Source of the DNA: Peribolospora baueri
Lineage: Eukaryota
NCBI GenBank assembly: GCA_029717555.1
Contig: JAMDHS010000032.1
Span: forward strand, 62,001 to 126,000
Length of the DNA: 64,000 nucleotides
Reading direction: 5' to 3'
The notes below the pieces were generated by a model. That model was not told the origin of the DNA and made no database searches. It worked only from the letters and a program-made list of their open reading frames with translations. Made by a program: the position numbers and the translations under genes. Below, piece after piece: positions 51,242-64,000 of the stretch. Every line of letters begins with the position of its first letter. Within the stretch, counting starts at the first letter, position 1.

Positions 51242-52189
51242 GTGATCCCTTCCGACCGAATTGACCCCTTTCCGTTCTCAAAAGGGCCTCCACATTGTCG
51301 GACTCGGACTGGGACCCTACTTCCCTGCTCGCCTCTGGTGGAGTCGTTTCGTTCAGTCAGTACGGTTTGACCTGGTTTGACCTGAGCTCCTCCTCATCTC
51401 TCCGCTCTCGTTTGCGTCTATGTGGATTACCCCGTTCTCTCCTTCCCTTCCCTTCCCTTCTTCCCCTCCCTTCCTCTCCCCTCCCCTCTCATCGCCGCCG
51501 ACCTTCACCGTTATGGGCGCGGAAAACGGTCGGTCGAGTCCGAGCCCGCCATGTATACCCCCGCTGTGCCTACTTTCGTCTTCGCCGCCCACCTGCCTGC
51601 CTCCCCTCGCTTCGCTCCCTCCGCCACCGGCTAGCGCCCTCTTCGCTTGTTAGTAGAGTACGCGGCTGTTTTGAGCGAGCTCTCACCACCGCCCGTCACC
51701 GGTCGGTCGGTCGAAGGGTGGACGTTCGAATCTGACGCGATCGGCGTGGTGCCGTCGTCGAGCCTGGGAAGGTGCTGGCCAGTGACCACGGACAGATAGA
51801 CAGGCAGAAAGAGAGACTGACAGACCGACGGACTGAATGACTGACTGAGCGGTGATGAGAGAAGATAGTTGGACCTCGAGCGGCATCCGAGTCGCAAGGG
51901 CGAGCGATGAACGACGATCAGGCGCTTTGCTTTGAAGACTGGGGACAAGCAAGCACGCGCCGGTGACAGGGCCCGTCGCGATCACCGACGACCGACGGCC
52001 GTCCTTTCCTTCCTTCTTCCGTCCCCGTTTATCGTCCCACGCCTCCATCTCATCTTTCCCTTGTTGGCGTTTTCGCACAGACGAGCCCCGCTCGCTTCCT
52101 CTCCATCTACACCTCCACCATCTCCATCTTCCCCTTCCTTCGCCCTCCCTTCCCCTCCCCTTTCGTCTCTCGAAGCCGCCGACGAAACC

Positions 52190-55100
52190 ATGGCGGACGC
52201 GCGGACGACGCTCCTCCAGGTGCTCGCCATGGGCGTCTCCCACGACCCTCGCCAAGCCAACACGGCGTCGGCGCAGCTGGACCAGTGGGAGAACGAAAAG
52301 GGGTTTTATTCTACCTTGCTCGATATCGCCAACGACCGCTCCGCCCCCGGCAGCGCCGGCGGCGGGGTGGATGTGCAGAGGAGGACATTGGCGATCATTC
52401 GATTCAAGAACGGGATGGACAAGCGTTGGAGGAGGGGCGCTAGCTGGAGCGCTTCGAAGATGAGGTGAGTCGTCTTTCTCTCTCCTCTTCCCTTTTCGCT
52501 TTGTTGAGTGCGCGAGACGAGATTATGCGTGTGTGGCCGGGCGTGTGGGAAGGGAGTCGAAGCCGGGACGGAGATGGGGAAACGGGATGAAGGTTTGCGA
52601 CGGTTCGTTCGCTGGCTCGAAAAGCCGGTAGGTCGACCTCCTTCAAGCATGGCTCACCGTCGCTCTCGTTCCGCATTTGAACTGCATCGCATGCAGCATC
52701 ATCGACGACGAGGAGAAGGCGCGGATCAGATCGATGCTGTTCAGCTGTTTGGACGAGCCTGATCGCACGGTCAGTCCTCCTAATATCTTCTGCTTTTTCT
52801 TTTGGTGCGACTCGTCTTCTACGCTCTCGTGCTCACGCCTCATCAGCCACCTTTTTTGCCCTGCACCAATAGATCGCTCTGCAAGCTTCGGTTGCGGTCG
52901 CCAAGATCGCTCGACATGATTATCCAGCGGCATGGTGAGTGAGCAAGACATAGCGGCCCACCTTAGGCCGCTCCGGCATCCCGCTCTATCGATCCCTCAT
53001 TGATGTCTTCCTTTTTTTTTCTCGGTGACGCTGGCCCGTGCCACGTTCGCAGGGCCGATCTGTTCAATCCGATCCAGCAAGCGCTCACGACCTCGCTCGA
53101 ATACCTCTCCGAATGCCCCTCCTCCGTTTCTTCTTCCTCCTTCAACCCGGCCGGACCGAGCGTCTCGCTCATGGATGAGCAGCAGCGACAACGAGAGTAC
53201 TATCGGCTCGTCCTCGTCCGAGCTTCGGACCTGCTCTACCGTATCATCAAGGAGTTTGCCGAGATGAAGCTTACCGCCGGGAGGATGCGTATGGCCGAGG
53301 TGAGCGCCCATCCCTAGGCCGTTGTCTGTGTTCGTCCGATCAAGCTGACACCTCGTCCCCTCTCCTCCCTCGCCGTGACCCCACTTCAGCTCACTCGATT
53401 GCTCTTTCCCTTCGTCAGCTCGCTGTACGCCCGAACGCTGCAGTTGTGGCTCCCCGACGACTATGCTCTCCTTTCCAGCTCAGAATTCCTGTCCGCACAC
53501 CTGTTCGACCCGCACAGGGCGGGGTCCGTCGCCGGGAGGGCGGAGGAGATTCGGGCGACTCACCTAATGCTCAAGACGCTCGGACAGCTGGCTTGTTCCA
53601 TGCTCGGCAATGGACATCGGCGGTCTTTGGGCCCGAGGCAGAGCGCGCTGGCCGAGGAGGACGGAGATGAGGCCAAGGCGCTGGTCGAGGTGAGTCCTTT
53701 CGATGGGCCGTGATCCTTTCACTGCCCTTCTCTGACCACGGGTTTTGCTTGTTTCTTCGGAAAACCCAATCAGCCCTTTTTCGAAACCGCCCTCACGCAC
53801 ATGCAGTCCGTCGGAGCAGTTCGCCGTCACCTCGTAGCCGGCAGCCGGACAACCCCTTCTGGCGCAGCACTCAATACGGGTAGCTGCTTCGTCACCTTGA
53901 CAAAGTTCCTGCAGTCCTTTTCCAAATTGTTCATCAGGATGCAGGACAGGAACAAGGTCGTCTGTCAGTGGTCCGAGTGGAGCGTGCTCAGCGCGCTGGC
54001 TTTAGAGATCGTGAACACCGCCGCCACGGAGGGCCAGCAGATTGGAGGTGAGAAGTCGGGTCGCCAAAGCCAGTGTCGCGTCGAGTACGACTTGCAATGG
54101 CTCACTTTCGACCTCGCATCCTCACAGACCGGATGGACAGCATGTTCACGACCCCGGTCATCACCAACTGCCTCGTCATCATCAAGGTCACCATCGAGCA
54201 ATTGCCTGCGTTCTCATCCGAAGACATGGCTTCTTTGGCAGAAGGCATGTTCAGCCCGACCTTGACGCAGCAGGTGGCAGAGCTATTGGTGGGCCACCTT
54301 ATGCTCATGGACGAGGAGCACGATTTGGAGATGTGGATGGCCGACCCGGAGGGTTGGTTCGCTGCGCAGAGGACTGGAGAGGAAGGCTGGGATTTGAGCG
54401 TGCGGGTACGTGAGAGTTGGAGTTTTGCTTGCCCCAGCGCACAGCCGGGGCGCGGGGTTCGGGCGAGAGACGGATGCTTACCCGCTTTTCCTTACGACAG
54501 ACATGCGCGGAACGGGTCCTGATGGCATTGGTGGACAAGAGGCCGCAACTCATCGGCGAGCTGGTCTGGACAAAGTTCCAGCAAAGTGCAAGTGGGTGGA
54601 TCGTCGCGCTTCCTCCTCTTGGGGAATTGTTGGCTGTTGCTCGTTTGCTCACGTCGTCCGTCTGTCGCTGGGATCGGCGCTCTCTGACAGGCCTATCCAA
54701 CGAGTTGCGGGACGTCCTGCTCAAGGTGGGATTTGCTACGCGTCTCCGGAGCTTCGGACTTATTTTCCAACAATCAAGGTTGACCCCCGAATTGATTTTC
54801 CGGCCCTTACGCGCGTCGCTTTAGGACTCCATTTATACAGCCGTTGGACGTTGTGTGTACAAACTTCCGGAGGGGATCGACTACGATGCACTCGCGCTGC
54901 AACGGCTCATTCCTGAGGCATCCCAGAATGTAGACTCTCTAAGGTGCGCCCTTCCAGCTTCCGCCTACCTCCTCGGTTCCTCCGAGTTGCTCAGCTCACA
55001 TCCGTCGCAGTCTCCGCATTCTCCGTCGTCGAGTGGCCTGGCTCTTCGAATGCCTAAGCGAAATGGTCACCCATGCGTCCATGGCGAGCATCTGCGCGGC

Positions 55101-57354
55101 TCTCGTGTCCATGATCTCCCCTTCAGATGCGAACGACGCTGCCGTACGCCTCACCGCCGCCGTCTCCCTCCGCGGCTTCCTCGACGCCTTGCATTTTGAC
55201 CCTGAATCATTTACACCGCTCCTTGGTGATGCCGTCGAAAACCTGGCGTCCTTGCTCGTCCAGGAGGTGGAGAACGTGGTGACTGGCAGCGGCGCCTTGG
55301 CGGCTTCGAAGCAGTTGGAAGAGGTCGAGAACGTGGCGACTGTCAGCAACACCGTGACGATTCTGGTCGAAAGGGTCGGCAAGAGGGTACGTTCGCGTCT
55401 GCTCGCGCTTCGACCTCGACGACTGGCATTGAGCGACCCGCCTTGCCCTACCTCCCGGTCGCACTGCAGCTTAATCTCTCTCCACGCACTTTCGCAATCG
55501 CAGATCATCCCTTTTGCCGAGCACATCGCCCGCCTCATTCCAGGTCTGTGGAGCAAAGACGACCCGTCGTTCAAGAGCAAACCGTATCTTCTGAGTCTCG
55601 TCGAAGCGCTTGTCAAGGTTCGATCTTCTCCCGAAGATGTCTCATCGCGCGGTCCGCCAGGCGCTTTCGCTGATCGCGTCCACCTCGTTCTTCACAGGCC
55701 CTTGGCGAGCATGCCGTGGAACTGGACGCTCTCGTGGCCACTTTGGTGCAACAGAGCAATGTCCCAGTAAGTCGGCGGCACCCGCGGGGACGATACGCAG
55801 AGAAACCCAATTTTAACACTTTCTTCTTGGTATTTCGCAGGCCTTCTCAGTCCACCTCGCCGAAGATGCCATTCTGCTCTGGAAGGCGGCCGTCAAGCAA
55901 GCCCCAAGGTTGAGCCCTCAACTTTCTTCTCTCATTCCGTTGGCCTGCTCGCTTCTAGAGACGCCGGACCGGGTCCCGGACATGTGTAAAATCCTGGAGG
56001 CGTATGTCCTTCTTAGTCCCTCGGAGGTTTTGGAGGTGCGCTAGTCTTGTCAATTCCGCCAGAGATTGCTGTCGTCTGGCGGGTCCCGCCCCGCTCCTCT
56101 TTGCGATTTCGGTCTAACCTTCCTCGAGGCGCATCCCTACAGCACGCTGGCCAGCCACTCCTTCACGCTGTTGCGGCGATGCTGGCTGACTTGCCGCAAG
56201 GAAACGACGATCTCAAGCTACCGCTCGCTCATCTCCTCGACGTCCTCGTCCAGGCCGCGCCGCTAGACAAGTGGTTGCCGCCTTTCGGGTCGACGGACAT
56301 CATGCCAAGGGTGCTCACCATTGTCTTGCAAGATCGGGTACGTGGTGCTCATAGACGTCGGCGCAGCGTTTCGAAACGCCCATGAAATGAAGTTCATTGG
56401 GTTTTTTCATTCCTTTTTGCTCCTTCACAGGACTCACCGGTGGTCATCACACCTTTCATCGTCGTCGTCTCTAGGATGGCCCACGCGGATCCGTCGGCTT
56501 TCCATCAGCTTGTTGCCCTCAGCGCGGCAAAGCTCGGCAGAGCGGAAGACGAGGTGTGGGGCGCATTGATTGAGCAATGGGCCAATAAGGTGCGTATTTC
56601 GCCTTTTTCGCTACGCTCCCCGCAGAGAGCCGCGAAATGCTGAGATGTCTGATGGGGCCTTTTCCTGGCTCAACCACTCCCAATTACGGGCTGCAGTTCG
56701 AGAACATGTCGACGGCCAAGAAACGCAAGATGAGCGTCATCGGTTTGACTTCGCTGCTTGTCCACACGACAAATCCTGCCATCTTGGGCCGAATACCTGA
56801 CATGGCTACTGTCTGGTCTGACGTCCTTGCGGACATCAAGGAGAGCGAGAGGGGAGAGTGAGTCTACATCCTTTGTCCGTTCTGCAGTCTCGTTTCGATC
56901 GCATACCCGTCATGTCGCTTATAATTTTGGTCATACCGTACCGTGGCCATCTTCATTCTTTTTTAGCGCGGCGGTGTATCACCGCTCGACGACAGCGACG
57001 CCGTCGGTGTCTTCCGAGCTCGAAGACACATCCGCTAATGCCCAGCTTCGCGAGGCGGTGAGTTTTCTCTCTACAGCTGGCCCTGTCTCCAGTTATTTTT
57101 TTCAACCCGGGGGAGCGAACGCCTGTCGCTGACTACGATTGCTTTGATTCGCCCGCTGGAAATCTGCACACTGGTCACGACAGCTCGCCGCCAAGGATCC
57201 CGTGCACAACGTCAAGCTTACGCATTACATCTCCTCCGCCATCCAGGCCGCTCAGTCGCTCAACGGCGGGTCCCAGGAGTTTATGGCGCGCTACCTCAGC
57301 CAAATGGACGCGCTTGTGCTTGATCAGCTTCAGAGGGACCTAGCGATGGGTTGA
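52190..57354 (+). CDS. KAP120: Importin-beta family protein, importin-11/Kap120-like, multi-exon
   Basis: IBN_N-like start (QLDQWENEKGFYSTLLDIA...RTLAIIRFKNGMDKRWRR), AVAKIARHDYP--W, DLEMWMADPEGW, LRILRRRVAWL and DPVHNVKL. The subfamily assignment is inference. Confidence 0.78.
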
Positions 57355-58071
57355 AGGGGCCCAAGATAATAAAACGGCCAGGCGAGCAGAAGTGGTTGCC
57401 TTCCCATTAGTAGTAGAACCCAACATATCCCCGTATTTCTTGTCATCGAGCAGGTACTTATTAGCAATGTTAAAAGACCCCATAACGAGCATTCTCCAGA
57501 CCTTTTTGAAGGGCGATTAAATCCCCTGATTCACTGTCTCCCAGGAACGACGCATCACCAGTGCTAATTTGCATTCACGACCATCCGGGACAACGAGTCA
57601 GGTTGCATGGAGGTAAGGCGCATGAGACGTCACGAGCGAGGGAAAGAAGGGAAATGCATGAAATACAGAGAAGAGAAGGAAGTTCCCTAGCGGGTTGGTT
57701 TTCAGTCCAGGCGGCCTTGGCTGGCAAAGCCAGCCGGGGGGGCCAATGGTAGGAGTGAGGACGGCGAGGGACCTTAGGGTAAAAGTGACGCTTCGACCAA
57801 TGATCGTAGCATTGCAGCCCTGGGTAAGTCGGCGCCAAAGGGCGGCGGTATGTCATCCAATGACACGCGCCCAACCGTTTGAACACTTCGCCATCTGAGT
57901 TTTGTCCCAGTCCATCCTCCCACAAATTAGCCAAGCCTCCGACCTAACTCGTCGCCACTGCGCCATCCCACCCATCCTATCACAACCAACGCCAATAACC
58001 CCGGGTAGCTCGAGTCGAAGCCCCATTCATACCGAAGCGCAACTCGCTAGCTTCGAATCGAATTGAGTCGC

Positions 58072-58843
58072 TTAGGCAGATGCCTCGACGGCCTTTGCCC
58101 GCGCCTCGCGAATGGCCTTTTCCGTTCCGTGCTTGGCGTAGCGCTGAGATCGGAGGAGACAAGCGGTTAGGCAATGCACAGCATGAACAGGTGAGGAAAT
58201 ATCTGGGCTCACCTGGTTGCGGACGAACTTGGGGTCGACCTGGAGTTGAGACAAATCATAAGGGTTGGGATGAAAAAGTCAGCTCCGTTCCACCTGCATC
58301 GGCCTCGACATAGCTCGTCCAACAATATCATCGCCGAGATGGCATGTCTCCTCAACAGCCAGCCAGTTCCCCTCGCTTCGCCCACAAGCCGACGACGCAT
58401 CCTTCCACACACCCCACTCTCCTCCAGATGAAGAAGAACGCAAAATCTTAAATACGCACACCCTTGAGCGACGGGTACTTGTTCGTCTTGGGCTTCTTGA
58501 TCCCGTTCCGGTGAGCCTTGCGGTTCTGGTTGTGGCTGTTTGAAGTGTAAGAAAGGGGAGATGAAACGGTCAATCCAGGCACAGTCATACAGTCTCGACT
58601 CGTGGCAAATGAGGCCGCATGGCGGTGTTGTAGACTCACTTAGTGTGGCTAGAGACACAATCCATGGAGAGAGCGAGCCGGAGAGCGAAGAGGCGAAGAG
58701 AGCAGGCGAGTCAGTATCAAGACACCCACTCCACACGGACCTCCTCCCGCTTGGCCGTCGTCCAGACCCCCGACCCCCTCTTAACAGCCACCATCTTCCA
58801 CGCCTCCAGACAGCGATCCCACTGACTTCTTCGACTTGGCCAT
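58072..58843 (-). CDS. RPL29: 60S ribosomal protein L29 (eL29), 5 exons
   Basis: Spliced [53 protein letters not shown]...; includes a 9-nt exon at 58640-58648. Confidence 0.97.
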
Positions 58844-59214
58844 CTTGACGGAGCTTCTCTATCGGACGGTGATCAAAGACGGTGAGCTGAGGAATTACGG
58901 ACGGCCTTCGGCAGCCTGGCCTCCCGACCTGGACTTGCCGCAGCCACAAGAAAAGTAAGCTGTACAGGACGCAGAGTAGGGTTGAACGACGGAAATAAGC
59001 GGCGGTATATGCCTCTAGATCGACGCGACGCGGCGCGCGGGGCGTGTTTAGTGTCTGGACGGTCGTCCGGCGTGCACAGACCATCCTCTTCTCCAATTCC
59101 TTCCTGTCCACACGTTAGTAAACCCCTGGGCCACCTCTGCCCTTGTCGTCCATGCCCTCTCCGACAAACTCTACGTCGTCCGTTTCCCGTGCGCCGGGAC
59201 AAGAAGTCGTGGAA

Positions 59215-60591
59215 ATGGCCGCGCCGACGGCGGTGCCCAACCCGCGGTTGGACAGGCTAAGGAGAGCGCTGGAGCATTCGGTAACCATGATTGAAGACAG
59301 GGCTAGGTGAGTTCGGAATGGGGACGAGTGAAGGTGGGTGGTGTTGAGCAGAGAGGAAGACAAGTTAGGTGGCTGTATGAAGATTTGGGCGGTATGGACG
59401 TGCGAGTGTCATCGTTTGGCCCTGTCATAGATCTCGAGTCTTCCTCGGGCGCTGGTAGCGTCGTGACGGTTCCGGCAAGATGGAGAGCGCCTTTTTCATT
59501 CCGTGTCAAAGTTTCTGATTTCCTTTGATTTCACGTCGTATTCAACGGTTGCACAGCTCCACAAATGTCGCGTCAGCGTTGCCCAACATCGAGCCGGACA
59601 TTCTCGAGGATGCACGAGTGCAGTATGTGGCGGAGCTTAAGGAGGTTATCATCGTGAGTCAAGTTCGGGGATCAGTCCTTCGTGCTCATATCTGTATTTT
59701 GCTATAAACCAGAATACCTTATGGCAGAGGAGGAAGAGGCCATGAATGCGGGATCTTGGGCTAACCGTGCACAACCTCTCCTCCCCTTTGTACACCTTTC
59801 TCCACCGATTCACAGGCTGAGGGCGACGGGCTCATTGACTCCTACGAGCTTCCGTCCAAGCTGGCGTCGCTTCAGAGACTGGCGAGCGAGGCTGAGGACA
59901 GGGCGCGAAGAGGCGAGAGAGACCCCGGCACTTGGCGGTGAGTGCAAGAGAAATTTACGAGGAGCTTTCCGTCCATGCCTTTTGGAGTCTATGGGGGTTC
60001 GTGTGGACTGCATGGACGCTGCTGTGGCCTAATTGCTGACGCGACGGTCTTTTCCAAACCATAACTACGTTCCATTTGGCTCTGTTGAACAGACCGTCCC
60101 TTGACATTCCCACCGCCTTGCGAGCGCGGACCCTTCCAGCCCGAAGAGAAAGGCTGGAGCGACGCAAAGCTGAACTGGTCGAGGTGTGTCGTTGGGCTCC
60201 AATTTTGATTGCGTTACCTGGGCACCGATGGATGAACTGATCCGAAAGGTCAAACGTCCCTACTCCGCCTTCTATTGGGAAACCAAGCTCACAGCTAGGA
60301 ACGCTGATGCGTTTGCCCTGCTGAAAGAGAGGACACTCGAATGCGAGCGCAACGAGAGGGATGCGAAGATAGCTTTGGAGGCCCTGACGGCTGTGAGCAT
60401 CGCGAGCATTGCGAGGTGGCCCCTTTACGGATACGGGGAGAGCGCGCCGCGACGTTCCTGGCCTACCCCATTGTTGACCCGTTTGATGTCGGTCTTTCCT
60501 TTAGGCGCTGACGGGCTTGGACGAAGTTCCAGAGGAGGACGTCTATCAACTCATGGCCTCGCTGCGCTCTGAACTCGGCCGGCGCGGGTGA
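59215..60591 (+). CDS. Coiled-coil protein, probable MIND/Mis12 kinetochore subunit Nnf1, multi-exon
   Basis: Spliced ~195 aa: RLDRLRRALEHSV...LIDSYELPSKLASLQRLASEAEDR...PSLDIPTALRARTLP. Size and pattern recall Nnf1/PMF1; the identity is inference. Confidence 0.6.
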
Positions 60592-61100
60592 GCAGGCCCA
60601 GGTGATTCGCAGCCATATCGCGCCGCATACCGCGCATCCGCCTCTTTCCATTTCGCCTTCATTGTATCACTACGCCGTTTCCATATACCCTCTATCCCCT
60701 CTTCTTCGGATATTCGGTGCACTTAGACGTTCCGCCTAGGCTGAGGCTGGATTAACGAGAGATGCCGTCAATCACCGGTCCTTTGTGCCAAGGCGGATCC
60801 GGATGCTAAATCCGCCTGCGGCCGAGCAGGGGCCACGCGAGCGGCCGATGCACGGCATCAGCCGGGTATCATCACAGCACGCCGCTGGTTGCTCGGCTCG
60901 ACAACGCAACCAACGACCACCATCTCCCTCTACCTCTCTCGTCTTCCTCGGCTTCGCTCTTTATTTACTTGTTCCGCTCAAGACAACCGGTGCGAGCTTG
61001 CCTCGCTCCTGGTGTCCAGCACCTATACCTTCAGCTCTACGCCACGCCACCGCGCTGAGAGTAGACCGCTCTCGGCGACGACCATCGTCGCATGCACAGC

Positions 61101-63193
61101 ATGCCGTCCTCCACTCCCCCGCCTGCCTATCCTCCATCTCGACCTTCCCTCTCTACCTCCTCTTCTAACCCTGGCAGTTTCATCCCTCCCTCTCTCGCCC
61201 GGCGCCTCTCCATCACTGCCCCCCGCCATTCGTCTTACCGCAGCAGCGATAGGGAGGCCGAGCTCGAGGCCGCGTTCGACGACGGTGGCGAGGAAGAGCG
61301 CACGACCGTCGTCGATCTCCAAGGGCCTAGGCGGGGAGCAGAAGTCCCGAGAGGCGCAGATGGGAGCGACCTAATCTTCGACGGCGAGGAGGCTATGGCC
61401 GATCTCCACTCAGATCCCCTGCGATCCGCCGCGGCCGCCTCCTATCCTTTCCCCGCCGCCGACGACCCTCGCAACGCATCGACCGCGCACCTCGTCGATG
61501 ACCAAGGTCAACGGGGGAGCTACGATTTTGAGCGCCCGTATTTCCCTCCGCCAACAAGGTCCGTCTCCAATGTGGGCCGCCCGTCTAACTACGGCGAGGG
61601 CGGTCTCGGGCTGGGCGGCGACGCCGTCGGCGATCACCACGACGGGACTCACCTCTCCTCCTCGTCCCAGGGCTTTTCGGGGGCCTTTCGATCTCTCTGG
61701 GCACGAGCCGCTCGGAACGTCCTTCCCGCTTCCCTCGCCGCGCAGTACGCCGCTGTCTCCACGGCGGACGACTCTGCTCATGGCTCTCGCTCCTCCGGCT
61801 CGGCTGCTGCTAGAGCCAGGGCCGCTGCTGCGGCTCATCCTGGCAATGACGGAGTATTTGCCAATTTGAGCGCGAAGCCGGAGAGGCCACGACGACGTGG
61901 CGAGGTCGGTCCGGATGGCGACAGGGGAGAGGACGACGATTTGGAGGATACCGAAGCTCCGCCGGTGAGTCCTCATCCTCTTAAGCTCGCCTGTGTCCCC
62001 GGGTCGTCGCTTTCCATGATGATTTCCTGACTTTGCTCTCCGCCCGCATTTGCAGTCATATGATACGGCAGCAGCCGACGCCGCACCTCCCTACTGGGAG
62101 ACGACGATCATCGGTCCTGGACTCGGCTACCCACTTGGCGGTGTGCAAGGTTGGACGCCCGGCTCGGGCGTCACAGGTGCCATCGAGGACCTCATCGTTG
62201 AAGGTCTACCTGTCGGTAGCTTCTTCGGTTTCGCTTGGAATTTCCTGATATCCATGAGCTTCCAGTTTGTCGGTGAGTGCCTCGTCGGCCACTTTGGAGA
62301 TGCGAGCGGCATTGACCACAGGCCGTCATCAAAGCTCATACCAATCGTCTATTTAACCCTACCGTATCTATCCCCCAGGTTTCCTCCTCACGTATCTCCT
62401 GCATACCTCACACTCCTCCAAATGCGGCTCCCGAGCCGGCCTCGGCATCACCCTTATTCAATACGGATTTTATCTTCGGGCACGAGCGCTGATGCTCTCC
62501 AGCGGCCAGATACAAGAAGAGATAGACGGCAACCGACATATGCACCACGGCGGCTGGTGGGGAGCGACGATCGAGAACGGCCAATCAGGTGACGACACCG
62601 ACCCTGCCTCTCCTCGCTCTCTCTTCCTTCTCGCCGCACGCTTCGCCGGCGATCCGCTTTCTTCCCCTTCCCCTGAAGCGTTTGCAGCGTCGGCCGACGC
62701 GCCTATCTCGCTTGGCAACATCGACTCCCCTACGCCGACGGAGCAGCAGGAGATGGTCGAGAGTGCCACATGGGGCTCCGAATGGCTGGCTTACTTTCTC
62801 ATGGTTACCGGATGGTTTCTGCTCCTCTCGAGCTTGCTCTCGTACTACCGCGTTCACCGGTGGGCGCGGAGCATCGTCACGTCCTCCCGAGAGGAGGGCA
62901 GCTCGTCGGCTCCCGATGTCGGTGGAGCTGGCGCTTCCGACTCCGCGGCACAAATGAATGGTGGCGATGGTGGGCAAGACGCAGACGACAACGGCTCGAG
63001 GGTAAGGGACATGCGTGAAAGGGCTAGCGTTTTCTGGGGAAGGGTCTTCCATCGCTCCCCCTCGACAGATCGCTTCCCAGGTTCGGGTAGAAGGCTTGGC
63101 GGACTCGGCGCGCCGCTTCCACCATCTGCGGATCGGGCCAGCGAGGAGGAGCTTAGGCGGCTGGAGGAGGAGGAAGGGCTTTTGCGGATGTAG
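61101..63193 (+). CDS. BSD2: Bsd2-like Rsp5 adaptor membrane protein (DUF2370), 3 exons
   Basis: NDGVFANLSAKPE, PPSY...AAPPYWETT, GLPVGSFFGFAWN...SFQFVGFLLTYLLHTSHSSKCGSRAGLGITLIQYG and WLAYFLMVTGWFLL. Confidence 0.9.
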
Positions 63194-63827
63194 CGAGGCA
63201 CAGCACGCGGCTTCTTCCGTAGAGGACCCGTCGATCTGGCAGACCTCGTTCTTCCTTTCTATACTCCTCATGGGCGTCCCACCCCACCCACCCCACCCAC
63301 CCCTCGTTTCGTCCTCACTTACATCGCTCCTCGGAGACCTTGACACACACCCTCCTTTCATCCCGGTCGCTTCTCTCCCCTCGTCTTTTATTTCTCGTCA
63401 GATGTACTTTTGTCCTCATGCGACCACTTCGTCGTCGTCGTCGTTGTTTCGCGTCCAGTTGGGGGTCTTCAATTAATGGAAAGGACAGAGCTGCAGTCTG
63501 TGAAAGTTGGGACGTATTTGGTCCCACCCGCGCCAAAGCCTCGACGAGCATACTCACCTTGCCCTCACAAGCCAGTCGACTCCATCAACACCCCCAGGCA
63601 GAAAGGACGGACAAGCGATTGTGTCGGGCTGCCGCAGCGTGGCCCGCCAGTGCGCGCCGCCGATCGCGCGTAGGACGCGACGCGTCTATGCGCGTGGAGC
63701 GAAGACAAGAGCCGACCGACTTCACTCCTCCTTCCCACCACCGCCTCCCTTCCTCTTCCCACACCTCCAGCACTCCAGAAAGGCGAATCAACCAAAGACA
63801 AGCCAAGGCAAGGACGAGGCACAAGGC

Positions 63828-64000
63828 TTAGAGGATGGATGCCTTCCCTCCACACTCGGCGGACCTCGCCAGCTCGCCTTCGGATCGCAAGACCATGGGC
63901 ATCCCCGGCCTCGGCTCGGAGTCGACGACGATACCCAACCCCGGAGCGTCGCCCAGCAAACTCCTCAGAAAGCCCTCCTCCGGCCCCTTGTCTGGGTCGT
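63828..64000 (-). CDS. Possible 3' end of a gene running off the window
   Basis: Open frame DPDKGPEEGFLRSLLGD...GGKASIL* reaching the window edge; no motif recognised. Confidence 0.3.
   Translation of the reverse strand, partial: DPDKGPEEGFLRSLLGDAPGLGIVVDSEPRPGMPMVLRSEGELARSAECGGKASIL

Noticed and set aside
58240..58459. Possible intronic C/D snoRNA in RPL29 (CGATGAT...CTGA)
   Set aside because: The C box is non-canonical, the CTGA coincides with the likely branch site, and I saw no rRNA complementarity or terminal stem.
63895..64000. Plus-strand ATG reading MGIPGL, resembling the start of an XPG-family nuclease
   Set aside because: The following residues (GSESTTIPNPGASPS) do not fit that family, and the frame is truncated by the window edge.

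Overview
GC-rich, intron-rich eukaryotic DNA, almost certainly a basidiomycete fungus (short GT-AG introns, GTGAGT donors, CTRAC/CTAAT branch sites, many microexons). I reconstructed about 18 spliced protein-coding genes by hand. Housekeeping: NFS1, HUL4-like HECT ligase, SEC31, SurE-like nucleotidase, FRS2, a CHY zinc-finger protein, VPS52, an importin-11-like protein, RPL29, a probable NNF1 and a BSD2-like protein. An accessory-looking block at about 7-25 kb carries a secreted GH125 mannosidase, a secreted alpha/beta-hydrolase with a His-rich tail, a divergent P450/SDR pair and a small PY-motif membrane protein. Also present are an intronless F-box-like gene, a secreted GH47 mannosidase and an initiator tRNA-Met. 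A ~2 kb mosaic island (10.9-12.9 kb) holds two oppositely oriented Ty1/copia RT remnants beside a spliced 77-aa ORF that encodes only an RNase H1 hybrid-binding domain; this is the oddest feature I found. I cannot claim a clearly novel multi-gene system; the findings are candidates to test. Gene spans include introns, and identities come from motif recognition, not database searches.
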